Positions 18,666 to 28,723 of a stretch of DNA of 64,000 nt are shown piece after piece (the stretch's first letter is position 1; the number at the start of each line of letters is the position of its first letter). The notes beneath the pieces were generated by a model. The model was given only the letters and a program-made list of their open reading frames with translations. It did not search any database and had not been told where the DNA came from. Location of the stretch: positions 71,907 to 135,906 of the forward strand of contig CAZCXV010000001.1 in NCBI GenBank assembly GCA_964502815.1, read 5' to 3'. Position numbers and translations under genes: made by a program. This DNA is from an uncultured Gammaproteobacteria bacterium (lineage in GTDB: Bacteria > Patescibacteriota > Microgenomatia > UBA8517).

Positions 18666-20094
18666 CCCAACTCTTATTATCGCTATTAGCTGGCAGATTA
18701 TACTTTTTTTTAGAATACCTACCTTTGTCTGGGAAAATGGCCTAGTTACCCCGTGGTTTATAAAAAATGGCTTAGTCATGCATAGAGATTTCGATCCTGG
18801 GGCATATTTGCCCCTTCCACAGCTTATTATTATAATTTTGGACAGAATCTTCAAAGGAAATATTCTTTTGACGGTATATATTTCCTTAATACAACCCTTA
18901 ACAGCTCTTTTTGTAGTCTACGCTATTAGCTATAAATTTATTTCAAAGAAAGCCGCATCAATAGCAAGCATCTACTTTGCAATCTGGTTTGGTTTCATTC
19001 TGAAACAAAATGTTTTTGACATTAATCTGCTAATCGGAATATTGGTATTGTTAATGATGGCCATTTTCTACATTTGGCTTGAGAAACGAAGCAACAAGCA
19101 TCTTTTCTTATTGGGATTTGTATCGTCCATAGCCTTATTTTCTCAACAGATGACTTTAGTTCCAATTAGCATTCTCTTTCTTTTAGTAATCTTTAATCTT
19201 TGGAGAAAGGTCAGAAATTATAAAAAGGTTGTCATGTCGAGTGTATGGCTTGTAGTAGGACTTGTTCCGATTACTTGTGTAGTAGTCGCGTACTTTCTTC
19301 TAAATGGGGTTTTTCGCGAATTCTTAGACGCAACAGTTCTGTATTATTTTGATACATCCCGATATCCCGCTTTCGAATTTAGTTTCAATCCACGTGATCT
19401 TATCATGCTTACAACAATGTCTATGCCTAGCTTACTTTTGCTACTAATCAATCTTAGAAAAAATAAAGAGAAAAAAACTGGCCTTTTACTGCTTATTTTC
19501 TTAACTACCTTCTCAATTTTCTTTGCAGTTTTTCACCCAAGGCGCTTTCTCTATTTATTGCCACTACAATCATTTGCAGCTGGCTGGATATTTCAACACC
19601 TCTCTGAGCTCAGAAATTGGAAAAAGAACATTACCATAATCAGTCTCATATTATTTAGCGTGTATTTAGTAATAAATATTTATCCTTGGTACAGAACTAC
19701 TATTAGTAGGGGTAGAATATATAAAAACTATGGATTGCCAGAACCAGGAGATTATGTATACGAAGCAAGTAAGTGGATCAGAGACAACTCTTCAACCAAC
19801 AGCAAAATTCATATATTAGGTCCTAACATTCTTTATTGGCAAACACAAAGACTGCCTGCAAACAAAAAAACATACTCTGCTCTTCCTTGGACATATGAAC
19901 CTTTTGAGGAAACAAAAAATCTTTTCACTCAAAATCCAGCTGATTATTGGCTTGTTGATGAGCGACTATTCGTAAGATTTACCAATTGGGGATATGAATA
20001 TCAATCCAAATTCCTCCGTGAGTTTCTTGATAATCAATATGAAAAAGTATTTAATAAAGACTGGATGTCTGTATATCAACATAAAACTCCGTGA
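18634..20094 (+). CDS. Multi-pass membrane glycosyltransferase (GT-C/ArnT-like)
   Basis: About 11 TM segments; GL..RDF...P.P early loop; C-terminal soluble domain (WIRDN...LPANK...P.YW). Tandem paralog of 20091..21539. Confidence 0.7.
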   Translation: MLHKKLVKLISPTLIIAISWQIILFFRIPTFVWENGLVTPWFIKNGLVMHRDFDPGAYLPLPQLIIIILDRIFKGNILLTVYISLIQPLTALFVVYAISYKFISKKAASIASIYFAIWFGFILKQNVFDINLLIGILVLLMMAIFYIWLEKRSNKHLFLLGFVSSIALFSQQMTLVPISILFLLVIFNLWRKVRNYKKVVMSSVWLVVGLVPITCVVVAYFLLNGVFREFLDATVLYYFDTSRYPAFEFSFNPRDLIMLTTMSMPSLLLLLINLRKNKEKKTGLLLLIFLTTFSIFFAVFHPRRFLYLLPLQSFAAGWIFQHLSELRNWKKNITIISLILFSVYLVINIYPWYRTTISRGRIYKNYGLPEPGDYVYEASKWIRDNSSTNSKIHILGPNILYWQTQRLPANKKTYSALPWTYEPFEETKNLFTQNPADYWLVDERLFVRFTNWGYEYQSKFLREFLDNQYEKVFNKDWMSVYQHKTP

Positions 20095-21539
20095 GCAAAA
20101 CTAAACTACCCACAATTACTCTTGTTGTAGCTTTATTCTGGCACACCATGTTTTTTTTAAATTCTCCGAAGCTAACCTGGATACCAGCTTTTCTAAACAC
20201 CTGGTTTTTCGAAAAAGGACTTACCTACTATAAAGATTTCATTCAATTACATTTTCCGCTCCCCCATTTAATTGCTTATCCACTTTATAGGTTTACTAAT
20301 TGGAACATCTTGGTAGAACCACTTATGGCCTATATCATAGTCATTACCACTACTTACTTGGTATATATTCTTACAAAGAATAAAATTGGAGACATTGGTA
20401 GATCTTTAAGCTTAATATTTTTTTCTTTAACTTTCTGGAAAGCAAGTACCTGGATTCAGTATTCTGGTGAGTCAGTGATTGGAATTTTCTTAGTTGCAAG
20501 TGTCTTCTGCCTGTATACATTCTGGAAAAGTAGTAAAAGACTAAGTATTGTTTCATTCCTGTTTGGGTTTCTCTTTTCACTAAGCGTCTTGTCAGGACAA
20601 ATTGTTATTCCCACCATTACCTCGCTTGTAGTTTTATACATTCTTTTGCTTCTTAAAAAAGATCTAACGAAAAAGGAAACAATAATGACTTTTCTTAGTT
20701 TGTGCCTCGGGTTAATAATTCCATTTACAATAATCTCGCTATATTTTGTGAGTAAAACTGCATTTAATGACTTCTTTTTCTGGAACATACCTTATTATTT
20801 AACTTACGCCAAACTAGCTCGAGAAAACAGTTCCAGCTTACCCTGGGCTGAAATATTCTTTTTCTTTTCACCAGCTATTCTCTTGACAATTTTAGCGATC
20901 ACTTCAAAAAAGAAAGATTTTTTAAGTATTATTTTGATTTGCGCTTCTCTTCCTTCAATTTACTTTATAGTCAAAAGTATTTTTCATCCCCACCACCTTC
21001 TTTTCGTTCTACCAATCCTAGCAATTTGTTTAGGAAAATCAATAGATCTAATTGAACAAAAAAAACAAATTATCATTTCTGCCATTTTTTTATTATTCAT
21101 TTTTGCCTATGCAGTACTCAATTTACTTCCTTGGCATATATATCGAATCAAACAAGGCGACAGGAATTATAATGATATCTCAACAGAAAAAAATACTGTT
21201 GAATTTACTCTTTGGCTAAAAGCGAATATCGGTAATAAAAAAACAACTGTTGTCGGTGACCCGATGTTATACTACTATGCAAACTTAACGCCTGCTAATA
21301 AGTACTATTCTGCCCTACCTTGGCACTTCTTGCCCATTGAAAAGACAGCCAAGGAGTTTGAATACAAACCTCCAGAGTATTGGATTATAGATATAAACTA
21401 CTTAAAGCGTTTTGATGGTCCCTGGAAAGCAACCAAAGTAAGACAATTTATTTCTAACAAGATAGATGACTGTTGCAGCTTAATTTACGAAAATCCACCT
21501 TGGCAAGTCTGGAAAGCTAATCCAAATACCAAACTTTAA
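20091..21539 (+). CDS. Multi-pass membrane glycosyltransferase (GT-C/ArnT-like)
   Basis: Shares GLTYYKDF..HFPLP, FHP, PANKY.SALPW and P.YW with the upstream paralog; about 11 TM segments. Confidence 0.7.
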   Translation: MSKTKLPTITLVVALFWHTMFFLNSPKLTWIPAFLNTWFFEKGLTYYKDFIQLHFPLPHLIAYPLYRFTNWNILVEPLMAYIIVITTTYLVYILTKNKIGDIGRSLSLIFFSLTFWKASTWIQYSGESVIGIFLVASVFCLYTFWKSSKRLSIVSFLFGFLFSLSVLSGQIVIPTITSLVVLYILLLLKKDLTKKETIMTFLSLCLGLIIPFTIISLYFVSKTAFNDFFFWNIPYYLTYAKLARENSSSLPWAEIFFFFSPAILLTILAITSKKKDFLSIILICASLPSIYFIVKSIFHPHHLLFVLPILAICLGKSIDLIEQKKQIIISAIFLLFIFAYAVLNLLPWHIYRIKQGDRNYNDISTEKNTVEFTLWLKANIGNKKTTVVGDPMLYYYANLTPANKYYSALPWHFLPIEKTAKEFEYKPPEYWIIDINYLKRFDGPWKATKVRQFISNKIDDCCSLIYENPPWQVWKANPNTKL

Positions 21540-23478
21540 CACTCTTTTTGTTCAAACAATTGAGGTTGTCGTCAACAGGGAATAAACTAACTTGTTTTGC
21601 TTTCACTCCAGCGAAGAAATAGCTAAACTTTTTCTCAATAAAGTTATTATCTCTTCCGATCTGAGGCGAACCAATCCAATCTTTTTGACGGTACCAATTT
21701 TTGCCATCTGTAGTTGTTTGAACAAAAATCGGAATTTTAGTTTCGCAGCTTGTGTTTAAATTTGCCTCTAACCTAGACAAAACGACTTCTTGGGCTAAAT
21801 TTATAATCAACTTATCTTCATTAATTTCAATTGTCACATTGTTTAACGGTTTCTCAAGCTTTTTATACTCTTCTTTAGTGTGTTCCATGTCATTTTTCCA
21901 TATTTTCAAAACCGGTACTTCATCAACTTTTACCTCGTAGACAGGGATTAATAATTTATCAACATATTCCCACGCATAATGATAATCTCTAGTCTCAAAT
22001 CGATAATAAACTTCCATCAGATATTCACCTTTTCTTTGGATACCAGAAAAATAAGCGTTATTGTAATCAATATCTTTCCTCAGCTTGAACAGGGGAATGT
22101 TTGAGGTCGCTCCTTGAATTAGTGCCAACTTTTCTCCAGAAGAGGAGTTTTTATTAATCCATTCAATTCCTTCCTTGTAAGCATTCCCGAATGTATTTCC
22201 TGAAGCAGGTATGTTTTTTTTGTATGCTCCCGATAATCCACCTATCAAAAAATTAAAATAAGTATTTTCATACGGATGGTATTTTACGAGCGGAAGGACT
22301 AAAACAACACTGCTTATACAAAGCAATAAGATACCTCCAATCAGGCCAGCTCTCCTTAACATCTTTACTCTTAACCACTCTGCTCCCAATCCGGCCAACA
22401 AGGTCATTGGAGGAATATATTCCAATATTTGTCTTGCTCCACCATAAATAGCAAATCGCGACCAGGTTACTCGAGCTATTGGAGCAATAAGCCAGAAAAT
22501 TAGGAGGGTCAGAATTGCCCTTTTGCTTTCAAGATGTTTCTTGATAGTAAACAAACCAAACGCAAGAAAAAGAAGAGTTAAGAGATTTGTTGTCAATATG
22601 ATCCATACAAATGGGTAAAGGTTAACAGGACCAAATGTAAAGCCTGGTTGGTAAACGATATTCGTTCCCTCAGTTTCGTAATATTGTAATGTTTTTGCGA
22701 TATTACCAAGAGGATCGCTCCAAAGATACGGCCATGATAAAATAAATATCCCAATGATTACCAGAGAGGAAATAATTAGATAAGATATTGTTTTTTTTGA
22801 AATAATAAAATCGAATTTATTCTTATCTTTCAAAAAAAGGTATAAAATCCAAGGCCCGAGTATAAATACTGTAAACAAGATGTTTAACTTTATGCTCATA
22901 GATATGCCTGCACATATCGCCCCCAGCAACAACAAGGTAGCCTTTCTTTTTTTAACAGCGTTAAACAGAAAATATAAAAAACCGACAAAAAAGGCAGTTT
23001 GTGGGACATCTTTCACATTAAAATGCGACTCTGCCCAAAAAAGTGGGTACGTAAACAACAACAATGAGGAGAAAATTGCTGGCCAGACACCAAAATTTTC
23101 ATAAGCGAAAAGAAAAGTAAAAAAGACTATCAATGCTGCCGTAAATACTATAAATAAGTTGTATGCTTCAATGTCACCTATAATTCTTAACTCCTGGAAA
23201 AAGACTCTATTGAAAGTAGCCATAAGAATATCTCCTAGTGGGGGATGTCCCATATCTTGGTCTTTTAGCTTTTTTCCAGTATGCAAAACGTCATTGGTTT
23301 GATAAAAACTATATGTATTTTTAAACGTTTCTTCACCCGTTAAATAATATTGTAGATAGGTTTGCCCTCTTCTAAAATGAACAGGTGAATCCCAAGATAT
23401 CCAATAATCGTTGAGGGTTGCAATACCAACAATCAAAAAAATAGACGAGATACAAAATGCCAGAGCAACTTTTTTCAT
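21517..23478 (-). CDS. GT-C (PMT/ArnT-like, GT39/83-type) membrane glycosyltransferase with C-terminal discoidin-like domain
   Basis: ISWDSP, GHPP, AESHFNVKD, YGG.RQI.E..P, YFNFL.GG. ATG 23478 overlaps the upstream stop (ATGA). Paralog of 28724..30691. Confidence 0.8.
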   Translation of the reverse strand: MKKVALAFCISSIFLIVGIATLNDYWISWDSPVHFRRGQTYLQYYLTGEETFKNTYSFYQTNDVLHTGKKLKDQDMGHPPLGDILMATFNRVFFQELRIIGDIEAYNLFIVFTAALIVFFTFLFAYENFGVWPAIFSSLLLFTYPLFWAESHFNVKDVPQTAFFVGFLYFLFNAVKKRKATLLLLGAICAGISMSIKLNILFTVFILGPWILYLFLKDKNKFDFIISKKTISYLIISSLVIIGIFILSWPYLWSDPLGNIAKTLQYYETEGTNIVYQPGFTFGPVNLYPFVWIILTTNLLTLLFLAFGLFTIKKHLESKRAILTLLIFWLIAPIARVTWSRFAIYGGARQILEYIPPMTLLAGLGAEWLRVKMLRRAGLIGGILLLCISSVVLVLPLVKYHPYENTYFNFLIGGLSGAYKKNIPASGNTFGNAYKEGIEWINKNSSSGEKLALIQGATSNIPLFKLRKDIDYNNAYFSGIQRKGEYLMEVYYRFETRDYHYAWEYVDKLLIPVYEVKVDEVPVLKIWKNDMEHTKEEYKKLEKPLNNVTIEINEDKLIINLAQEVVLSRLEANLNTSCETKIPIFVQTTTDGKNWYRQKDWIGSPQIGRDNNFIEKKFSYFFAGVKAKQVSLFPVDDNLNCLNKKSVKVWYLD

Positions 23479-24137
23479 CTTAAGTATTGTATTTCTGGAT
23501 ATTTGTTTTCTCCCAAACCAGAACAAAGAACTGGAATTTCGGCACGTGGATAGTAAGAAACATTTGAGGAATTCTCCTGAACATTATTCAGCCAAAAATA
23601 CTGTGCTTTTGAAAGGCACTTTTCTGCTTCAGTAAGATTTGTCATTTTCGAGTGGTAAAATCCTGAAACTTTGCCGTTTTCCAAGTTGAATTGTGCAACT
23701 GCTACATCAACGGTTACTCTGGCAAAATCTAAATTTTCATTATCGATACCAATTACAAATATCTTGCTGCCGTCTTTGATAATTTGCACATCTTGCAAAT
23801 CTACAGTTTCACTTCTTTGGCTCCCGTCAACACGCCAAAAAACTTGAAGATTTGAAATACCAAGAACTTGAAATCCATATAACGTTAATGGAATTTCAAT
23901 TCTTTTGTCGTCAACAATTGCATTATATTCGATCTTTGCCCCAGGCCAGCCTTGGTGTTTTCCAGCATAGGCAGATTTTAACGTGTCCTCCAAAAAACTA
24001 GTCTGTCGATTCATATTATCGTACAAAAATATCTTTTGGGTAGCCAAACCGTTTTTAATGTCAAAATAAGCCCAGCTAAGTGGTAAACGAGTAATAGCGC
24101 TATACCTTTCAAGGTTTGAATCTTCTGCAAGTACCAT
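23475..24137 (-). CDS. Hypothetical soluble beta-rich protein; probable C-terminal part of the frameshifted SGNH gene
   Basis: 220-aa ORF overlapping the SGNH ORF by 127 bp on the same strand. Its frame stays open upstream to about 24245. Confidence 0.6.
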   Translation of the reverse strand: MVLAEDSNLERYSAITRLPLSWAYFDIKNGLATQKIFLYDNMNRQTSFLEDTLKSAYAGKHQGWPGAKIEYNAIVDDKRIEIPLTLYGFQVLGISNLQVFWRVDGSQRSETVDLQDVQIIKDGSKIFVIGIDNENLDFARVTVDVAVAQFNLENGKVSGFYHSKMTNLTEAEKCLSKAQYFWLNNVQENSSNVSYYPRAEIPVLCSGLGENKYPEIQYLR

Positions 24138-25090
24138 TGAAGAAAGTTCAATCGCTGGCTCTTTTGGGTTAGTAGTTTTCTTTCCATTAAAGTATCTGAA
24201 ACATATTCCCCAGCAAGTTTGTTTGCATAAAATGATGGATGCTGGTCATTCGGATTTAAAACCAATAGTTTTTTATCTTCTACTCCTTTGAATTTCTCAT
24301 ACAAATCGATTACTTTGATGTTGTTATTGCTTGCTAAGGTTGATATCGTTTCGTGAAAAAAACTGAATTGATAATTACGATTAGGATTCAATGCATCATA
24401 TTGAGGAAAAACAACTAAAACCGGTGTTGCATTTATTTTCTTTACAGAATTGGAAAACATTTCCAGAAGTTGTTTAGTACGGTCATATTCCCCACTGCCC
24501 AAAGTATATGCTTTTTTAACCTCTGACATAGTTTTGTTTCCAGATTTAACCTTTTCTATCATGCCATGTGTCAACCAATAGATTCGCAGTGAACGAACTA
24601 ATTTACTTTTTACATATTTTGGTGGAAATTCTTTAAACACAAAATCTTGAGCATTTATCCCAATTAGCACCAAATCTGGATTAAAAGCAAGGCCTTCATC
24701 ATTAAGACGAGTCAGTTCGGTTTCAAAATTAAAGCCTGGTCTAGCTGCGTTAATTATCTCAACATTTGAAAATCCATACTGTTTCACAAGATATTCCTTC
24801 ATTACCTCAGGAAATGACTGCCCTTTTTCAAGATACCATCCGTAAGTATATGAATCGCCTAAGATATATATTCGGATCGTATCCTTATTTTTTTCTATTT
24901 TTACCTCTTTCTCCCAATAGCCAAAATTATTTAAAACTACGTTTTTCGACAACCAGTCAAAATCGTTTCTTTTGTACCTGGGATCAAGAAATGGTGGGTG
25001 CCAAAATATCCTCAGTAGAACCTCTACAAACAGAAGAACTGCAAGTGTAACTCCAAATATTTTCAAAAGTTTCAAATAGAGAGCTTTCAT
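24011..25090 (-). CDS. SGNH/GDSL hydrolase-family protein, N-terminally anchored (probably frameshifted at the 3' end)
   Basis: LGDSYTYG, INAARPG, NAQD, DQHPS catalytic blocks. The last ~35 codons look out of frame. Confidence 0.82.
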   Translation of the reverse strand: MKALYLKLLKIFGVTLAVLLFVEVLLRIFWHPPFLDPRYKRNDFDWLSKNVVLNNFGYWEKEVKIEKNKDTIRIYILGDSYTYGWYLEKGQSFPEVMKEYLVKQYGFSNVEIINAARPGFNFETELTRLNDEGLAFNPDLVLIGINAQDFVFKEFPPKYVKSKLVRSLRIYWLTHGMIEKVKSGNKTMSEVKKAYTLGSGEYDRTKQLLEMFSNSVKKINATPVLVVFPQYDALNPNRNYQFSFFHETISTLASNNNIKVIDLYEKFKGVEDKKLLVLNPNDQHPSFYANKLAGEYVSDTLMERKLLTQKSQRLNFLQWYLQKIQTLKGIALLLVYHLAGLILTLKTVWLPKRYFCTII

Positions 25091-26154
25091 TTGATTAAGA
25101 ATGGCTTGACTAACCTTGCCACCTTAATTACCTCACTGTCAGTTACAACAGCGTCCAGTGGCAATGTGGCTACTTTATCTCCGACGTATTCTGTAACAGG
25201 CAATTTTTTAGTCCGATATTTCTCAAAAGCTGGCTGCAGGTGTAAAGGTGTAAAATGAAATGAACAACCAACTCCATTCTTTTTCATATGCTCAAAAAAT
25301 TTATCTCTATCTTTAACCAATACAGGGTACAAATGCAGACCTTTGTTATCAAGATCTAGCAGTTTATTATATAAATTTACAACATGAGTTCTCCTTTTCA
25401 GAAACCCGTTAAGCCTTTTCAACTGTACTCTGCCTAAAGCCGAGTTAATATCCGTCGTGTTAACCTTATATCCTGGAAATTCGACTGTGTAAATCCATTT
25501 TGAATTAAGATTGTATCGTTTCCAAGCATCTTTAGATAATCCATGCAATCTCGCTTTCCGAAACCAATCTGCAACTTTATCATCTGATGTAGTAAGCATT
25601 CCACCTTCACCAGTGGTCATGTTTTTTGTTGCATAAAATGAGTATGCAGTTGCAAACGCCTTGTTATTGTCACAACCACTTTCTGTCAAATGTGCACTAT
25701 CTTCAATTACTGGAATCTCTGTCTTTATTTTTGCTTTATTTGCTGCGTAATGGACTGGGATTACCGCCTTGGTTTTTCGAGATAATACCGATTCAAGTGA
25801 TTTCTGGTCCATAGTAAAGGTATCTTCATTGATATCAGCAAAAACAGGTGTCGCTCCAACATGGACAATAACACTTACGGAGGAAGCAAAAGTAAACGAA
25901 GGCACTATTACCTCATCACCTGGCCCAACGTTCAAAGCTTTCAAAGCAAGGAATAGAGCAGAGGTAGCACTGTTAACCGCCACTGCGTGTTTAGCGCCAA
26001 CATATCTTGCAAATTCATCCTCAAATTTTAACGTCTCATGTCCCATGGTCAACCAACCGCTTTTGAGCACTCTAGTAACGGCATTTATCTCTGCCTTTCT
26101 TATAGAAGCTCTGGTCAATGGTATTTGCTTCATATTCTTTACGATAAACCTCAT
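25087..26154 (-). CDS. DegT/DnrJ/EryC1/StrS-family PLP-dependent nucleotide-sugar aminotransferase
   Basis: AVNSATSAL, IEDSAH, SFYATKNMTTGEGGM. ATG 26154 overlaps the upstream TAA (an alternative start is 26133). Confidence 0.93.
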   Translation of the reverse strand: MRFIVKNMKQIPLTRASIRKAEINAVTRVLKSGWLTMGHETLKFEDEFARYVGAKHAVAVNSATSALFLALKALNVGPGDEVIVPSFTFASSVSVIVHVGATPVFADINEDTFTMDQKSLESVLSRKTKAVIPVHYAANKAKIKTEIPVIEDSAHLTESGCDNNKAFATAYSFYATKNMTTGEGGMLTTSDDKVADWFRKARLHGLSKDAWKRYNLNSKWIYTVEFPGYKVNTTDINSALGRVQLKRLNGFLKRRTHVVNLYNKLLDLDNKGLHLYPVLVKDRDKFFEHMKKNGVGCSFHFTPLHLQPAFEKYRTKKLPVTEYVGDKVATLPLDAVVTDSEVIKVARLVKPFLIK

Positions 26155-27569
26155 TAACTTGCCACCCATTTAAGATAAGGTGTGTATTTCTTTAATATTT
26201 GATAAATCTTTCTATTATCTCCAATTTCTGACGCCATTAATAGATCTGTCAAGTCCTCATCTTGAAAAATTTTACCATTTTTGTTTTTTGCCATTCTAAT
26301 TCTATCAATTGACGTTTTAACAACATTTTCCTCATCGTTAAACAACTCTTCTGACATCTTTTCTCCTGGCCTAACACCAGTATAGTTGATTTTTATTTCT
26401 TCGTCCGGAATAAAACCAGCAAGTCTAATCATTGTTCGCGCGAGATTATCTATCTTTATTTGTTCACCCATATCTAGAACAAAAACTTCTCCACCTGTAC
26501 TTAAAATCGAAGCATGCAACACTAGCTGAACCGCCTCAGGAATAGACATAAAATAACGGATCATTCTTTTATCTGTGACAGTTACTGGTCCTCCCTTTGC
26601 TATTTGTCTTTTAAACGTCGGGACAACACTTCCTACGCTTCCAAACACATTACCAAATCTAACAGCACAGTATTGAGTTCTATTTTTGTTATTAAACCCG
26701 GAAATAATCTTTTCACCCACTAGTTTCGTCGCTCCCATAATACTTGTTGGATTAACGGCTTTATCTGTTGATAAGTAAACAAATTTCTCTACTCCCCTTT
26801 CATATGCCGCTCTAGCTACATTGTGGGTACCAGCGACATTGTTTTTGATGGCTTCTTCGGGAAATATTTGCATCAGTGGTACATGTTTGTAGGCCGCAGC
26901 ATGAAAAACAATTTCAGGATTGTATTCTCTCATGACTTCGTACAACTTTTTATAGTCTCGAATGTTTGCAATTGAGTAATAAATACGATCTTTGTATTCC
27001 TTGAGTTCGACTCCAAGCTCATATAAACCATTTTCAGACCAATCAAGCGCAATAATCTTTTTTGGATTGCAAGATACTAGTTGCCTGCAGATCTCAGACC
27101 CAATCGATCCAGCTGCTCCAGTTATTAGGATTGTTTTGTTTTTAAATTTCTTTTTGAATAACTCTACACTTGATTTCAAAATAGCTCTACCTAAAATGTC
27201 TTCTACTTGTATTTCTCTTACTTGCTGTAGTTTTACTTTGCCTTCAACTATTTCCGAGAGTCTAGGAATGATTTTGAACTGTACTTTAACTTCCCTGCAC
27301 AAATCTATGATTCTCCTGACCGTTTCACCCTCACCTGAAGGAATAGCTATAAACACTTCGTTAATATGATATTTACTAATAAGCTGTGGAAGTTCGTTTG
27401 TATTACCCAAGACATTAAAGGAATTAATTTTTTGCTTTTGTTTTTTTGGGTCGTCATCAACAAGGCCAATTATTTCGTAAAAGTTAGGTAAATTCTTTAC
27501 TATTTCATCAACCAATTCTTGACCAGCAACTCCTGCACCAACAATTAATATTTTTTGTTTTTCTCTCAT
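26154..27569 (-). CDS. Nucleotide-sugar 4,6-dehydratase, CapD/PglF/WbpM family (no N-terminal TM domain)
   Basis: IVGAG.AG, TGAAGSIGSE, HAAAYKHVP, STDKAVNP, VRFGNV.GS.GSV, RPGEK. Confidence 0.93.
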   Translation of the reverse strand: MREKQKILIVGAGVAGQELVDEIVKNLPNFYEIIGLVDDDPKKQKQKINSFNVLGNTNELPQLISKYHINEVFIAIPSGEGETVRRIIDLCREVKVQFKIIPRLSEIVEGKVKLQQVREIQVEDILGRAILKSSVELFKKKFKNKTILITGAAGSIGSEICRQLVSCNPKKIIALDWSENGLYELGVELKEYKDRIYYSIANIRDYKKLYEVMREYNPEIVFHAAAYKHVPLMQIFPEEAIKNNVAGTHNVARAAYERGVEKFVYLSTDKAVNPTSIMGATKLVGEKIISGFNNKNRTQYCAVRFGNVFGSVGSVVPTFKRQIAKGGPVTVTDKRMIRYFMSIPEAVQLVLHASILSTGGEVFVLDMGEQIKIDNLARTMIRLAGFIPDEEIKINYTGVRPGEKMSEELFNDEENVVKTSIDRIRMAKNKNGKIFQDEDLTDLLMASEIGDNRKIYQILKKYTPYLKWVAS

Positions 27570-28720
27570 ATCTTCCTTGTCAACGTTAGAAATTTATCAA
27601 CACTACCCTCTACACTAAAATCCCTAGCCGCTTCTTTTGTATTACTGGAAAATTCTTGAATTTTCTCTTTTGACTCCAACAATTCTACTATGATTTTTGC
27701 CAAATCACTAGAGTCTTCTTTCTTAAAGGTGTAACCCACTTTATATTTACGAACTAAATAACTTAAATCTGGTAGATCTGAGGCGATAATAGGCGTACCA
27801 CTCTTCATAGCTTCCGAGAAAACAAGCGGTATGCTATCGCTTCTTGATGGAATGACTAACATATGAGCTTCTGAAAGTATATCCGAAATTTTCTTTGGTT
27901 CCGAAATATTTCCGTAAAAATCGACAAAGGCTGTAATTTTTTGTTTTCTTGCCTCCTCTTTCAGGGAATTTAGAAGTGATCCGTCACCAATGAAATTTAT
28001 CTTGAATCTGTAAAGCTGTGTTTTTATTTTCAATATTGCTGCTAAAAATACATCCGGACCTTTTACTCTTTCCATTCGGCCAAGAAAAGTTAGAACTATC
28101 TTCTTCTTAAACGTTTTTTTCTTATTTATTTCGGAAGAAGGCATTTTGCTAGCCGACGGAAGGAAAATAACTTCCCTATTTGCAAGTTCCTCGGTCCTTT
28201 GTTTAAGATCAATACCGTCTGCAAACACATATTCCGCCTGTTTGAGAATAAGTGCTATAACTTGACGAACAATCGGAAACTTTCCATAAACATATATATC
28301 TGACCCTAGAACCCACACACTATATGGTAAACCAAACCGTATCCTTAACCATAACGTAAACAATCCAGCCGGAAATGCCCACATAGCTAAGGTAGTTTTA
28401 ATATTTCGATTAGTCTTAATGAATTTTTCTGCTTTAACAAAACCATTTAAGAATGAGAAAACATAGTTAAAATAATCGACAGGATTATAAAATGAAAAAT
28501 ATCCAAGTTTTTTTTTGCCTAACCAAGTAATAAAAGTTGTATTAACATTACCCACTCTATTGACGTGTGTATCGCCACCTAAACAAAAGATGTTTACTTT
28601 TATGTATTTTGCCAGCTCCGAAGTAAAATCATAAACAAAAATTCCAGCGTCCTTTCTTTCTTTCGGATTCGATGGAAAATTATGTGTGACAACTCCGATT
28701 TCAACTACTTTTTGTTTCAT
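27566..28720 (-). CDS. GT4 (GT-B) glycosyltransferase
   Basis: LGRMERVKG, PSRSDSIPLV..EAM..G.PIIAS. Confidence 0.88.
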   Translation of the reverse strand: MKQKVVEIGVVTHNFPSNPKERKDAGIFVYDFTSELAKYIKVNIFCLGGDTHVNRVGNVNTTFITWLGKKKLGYFSFYNPVDYFNYVFSFLNGFVKAEKFIKTNRNIKTTLAMWAFPAGLFTLWLRIRFGLPYSVWVLGSDIYVYGKFPIVRQVIALILKQAEYVFADGIDLKQRTEELANREVIFLPSASKMPSSEINKKKTFKKKIVLTFLGRMERVKGPDVFLAAILKIKTQLYRFKINFIGDGSLLNSLKEEARKQKITAFVDFYGNISEPKKISDILSEAHMLVIPSRSDSIPLVFSEAMKSGTPIIASDLPDLSYLVRKYKVGYTFKKEDSSDLAKIIVELLESKEKIQEFSSNTKEAARDFSVEGSVDKFLTLTRKI

Positions 28721-28723
28721 TTC

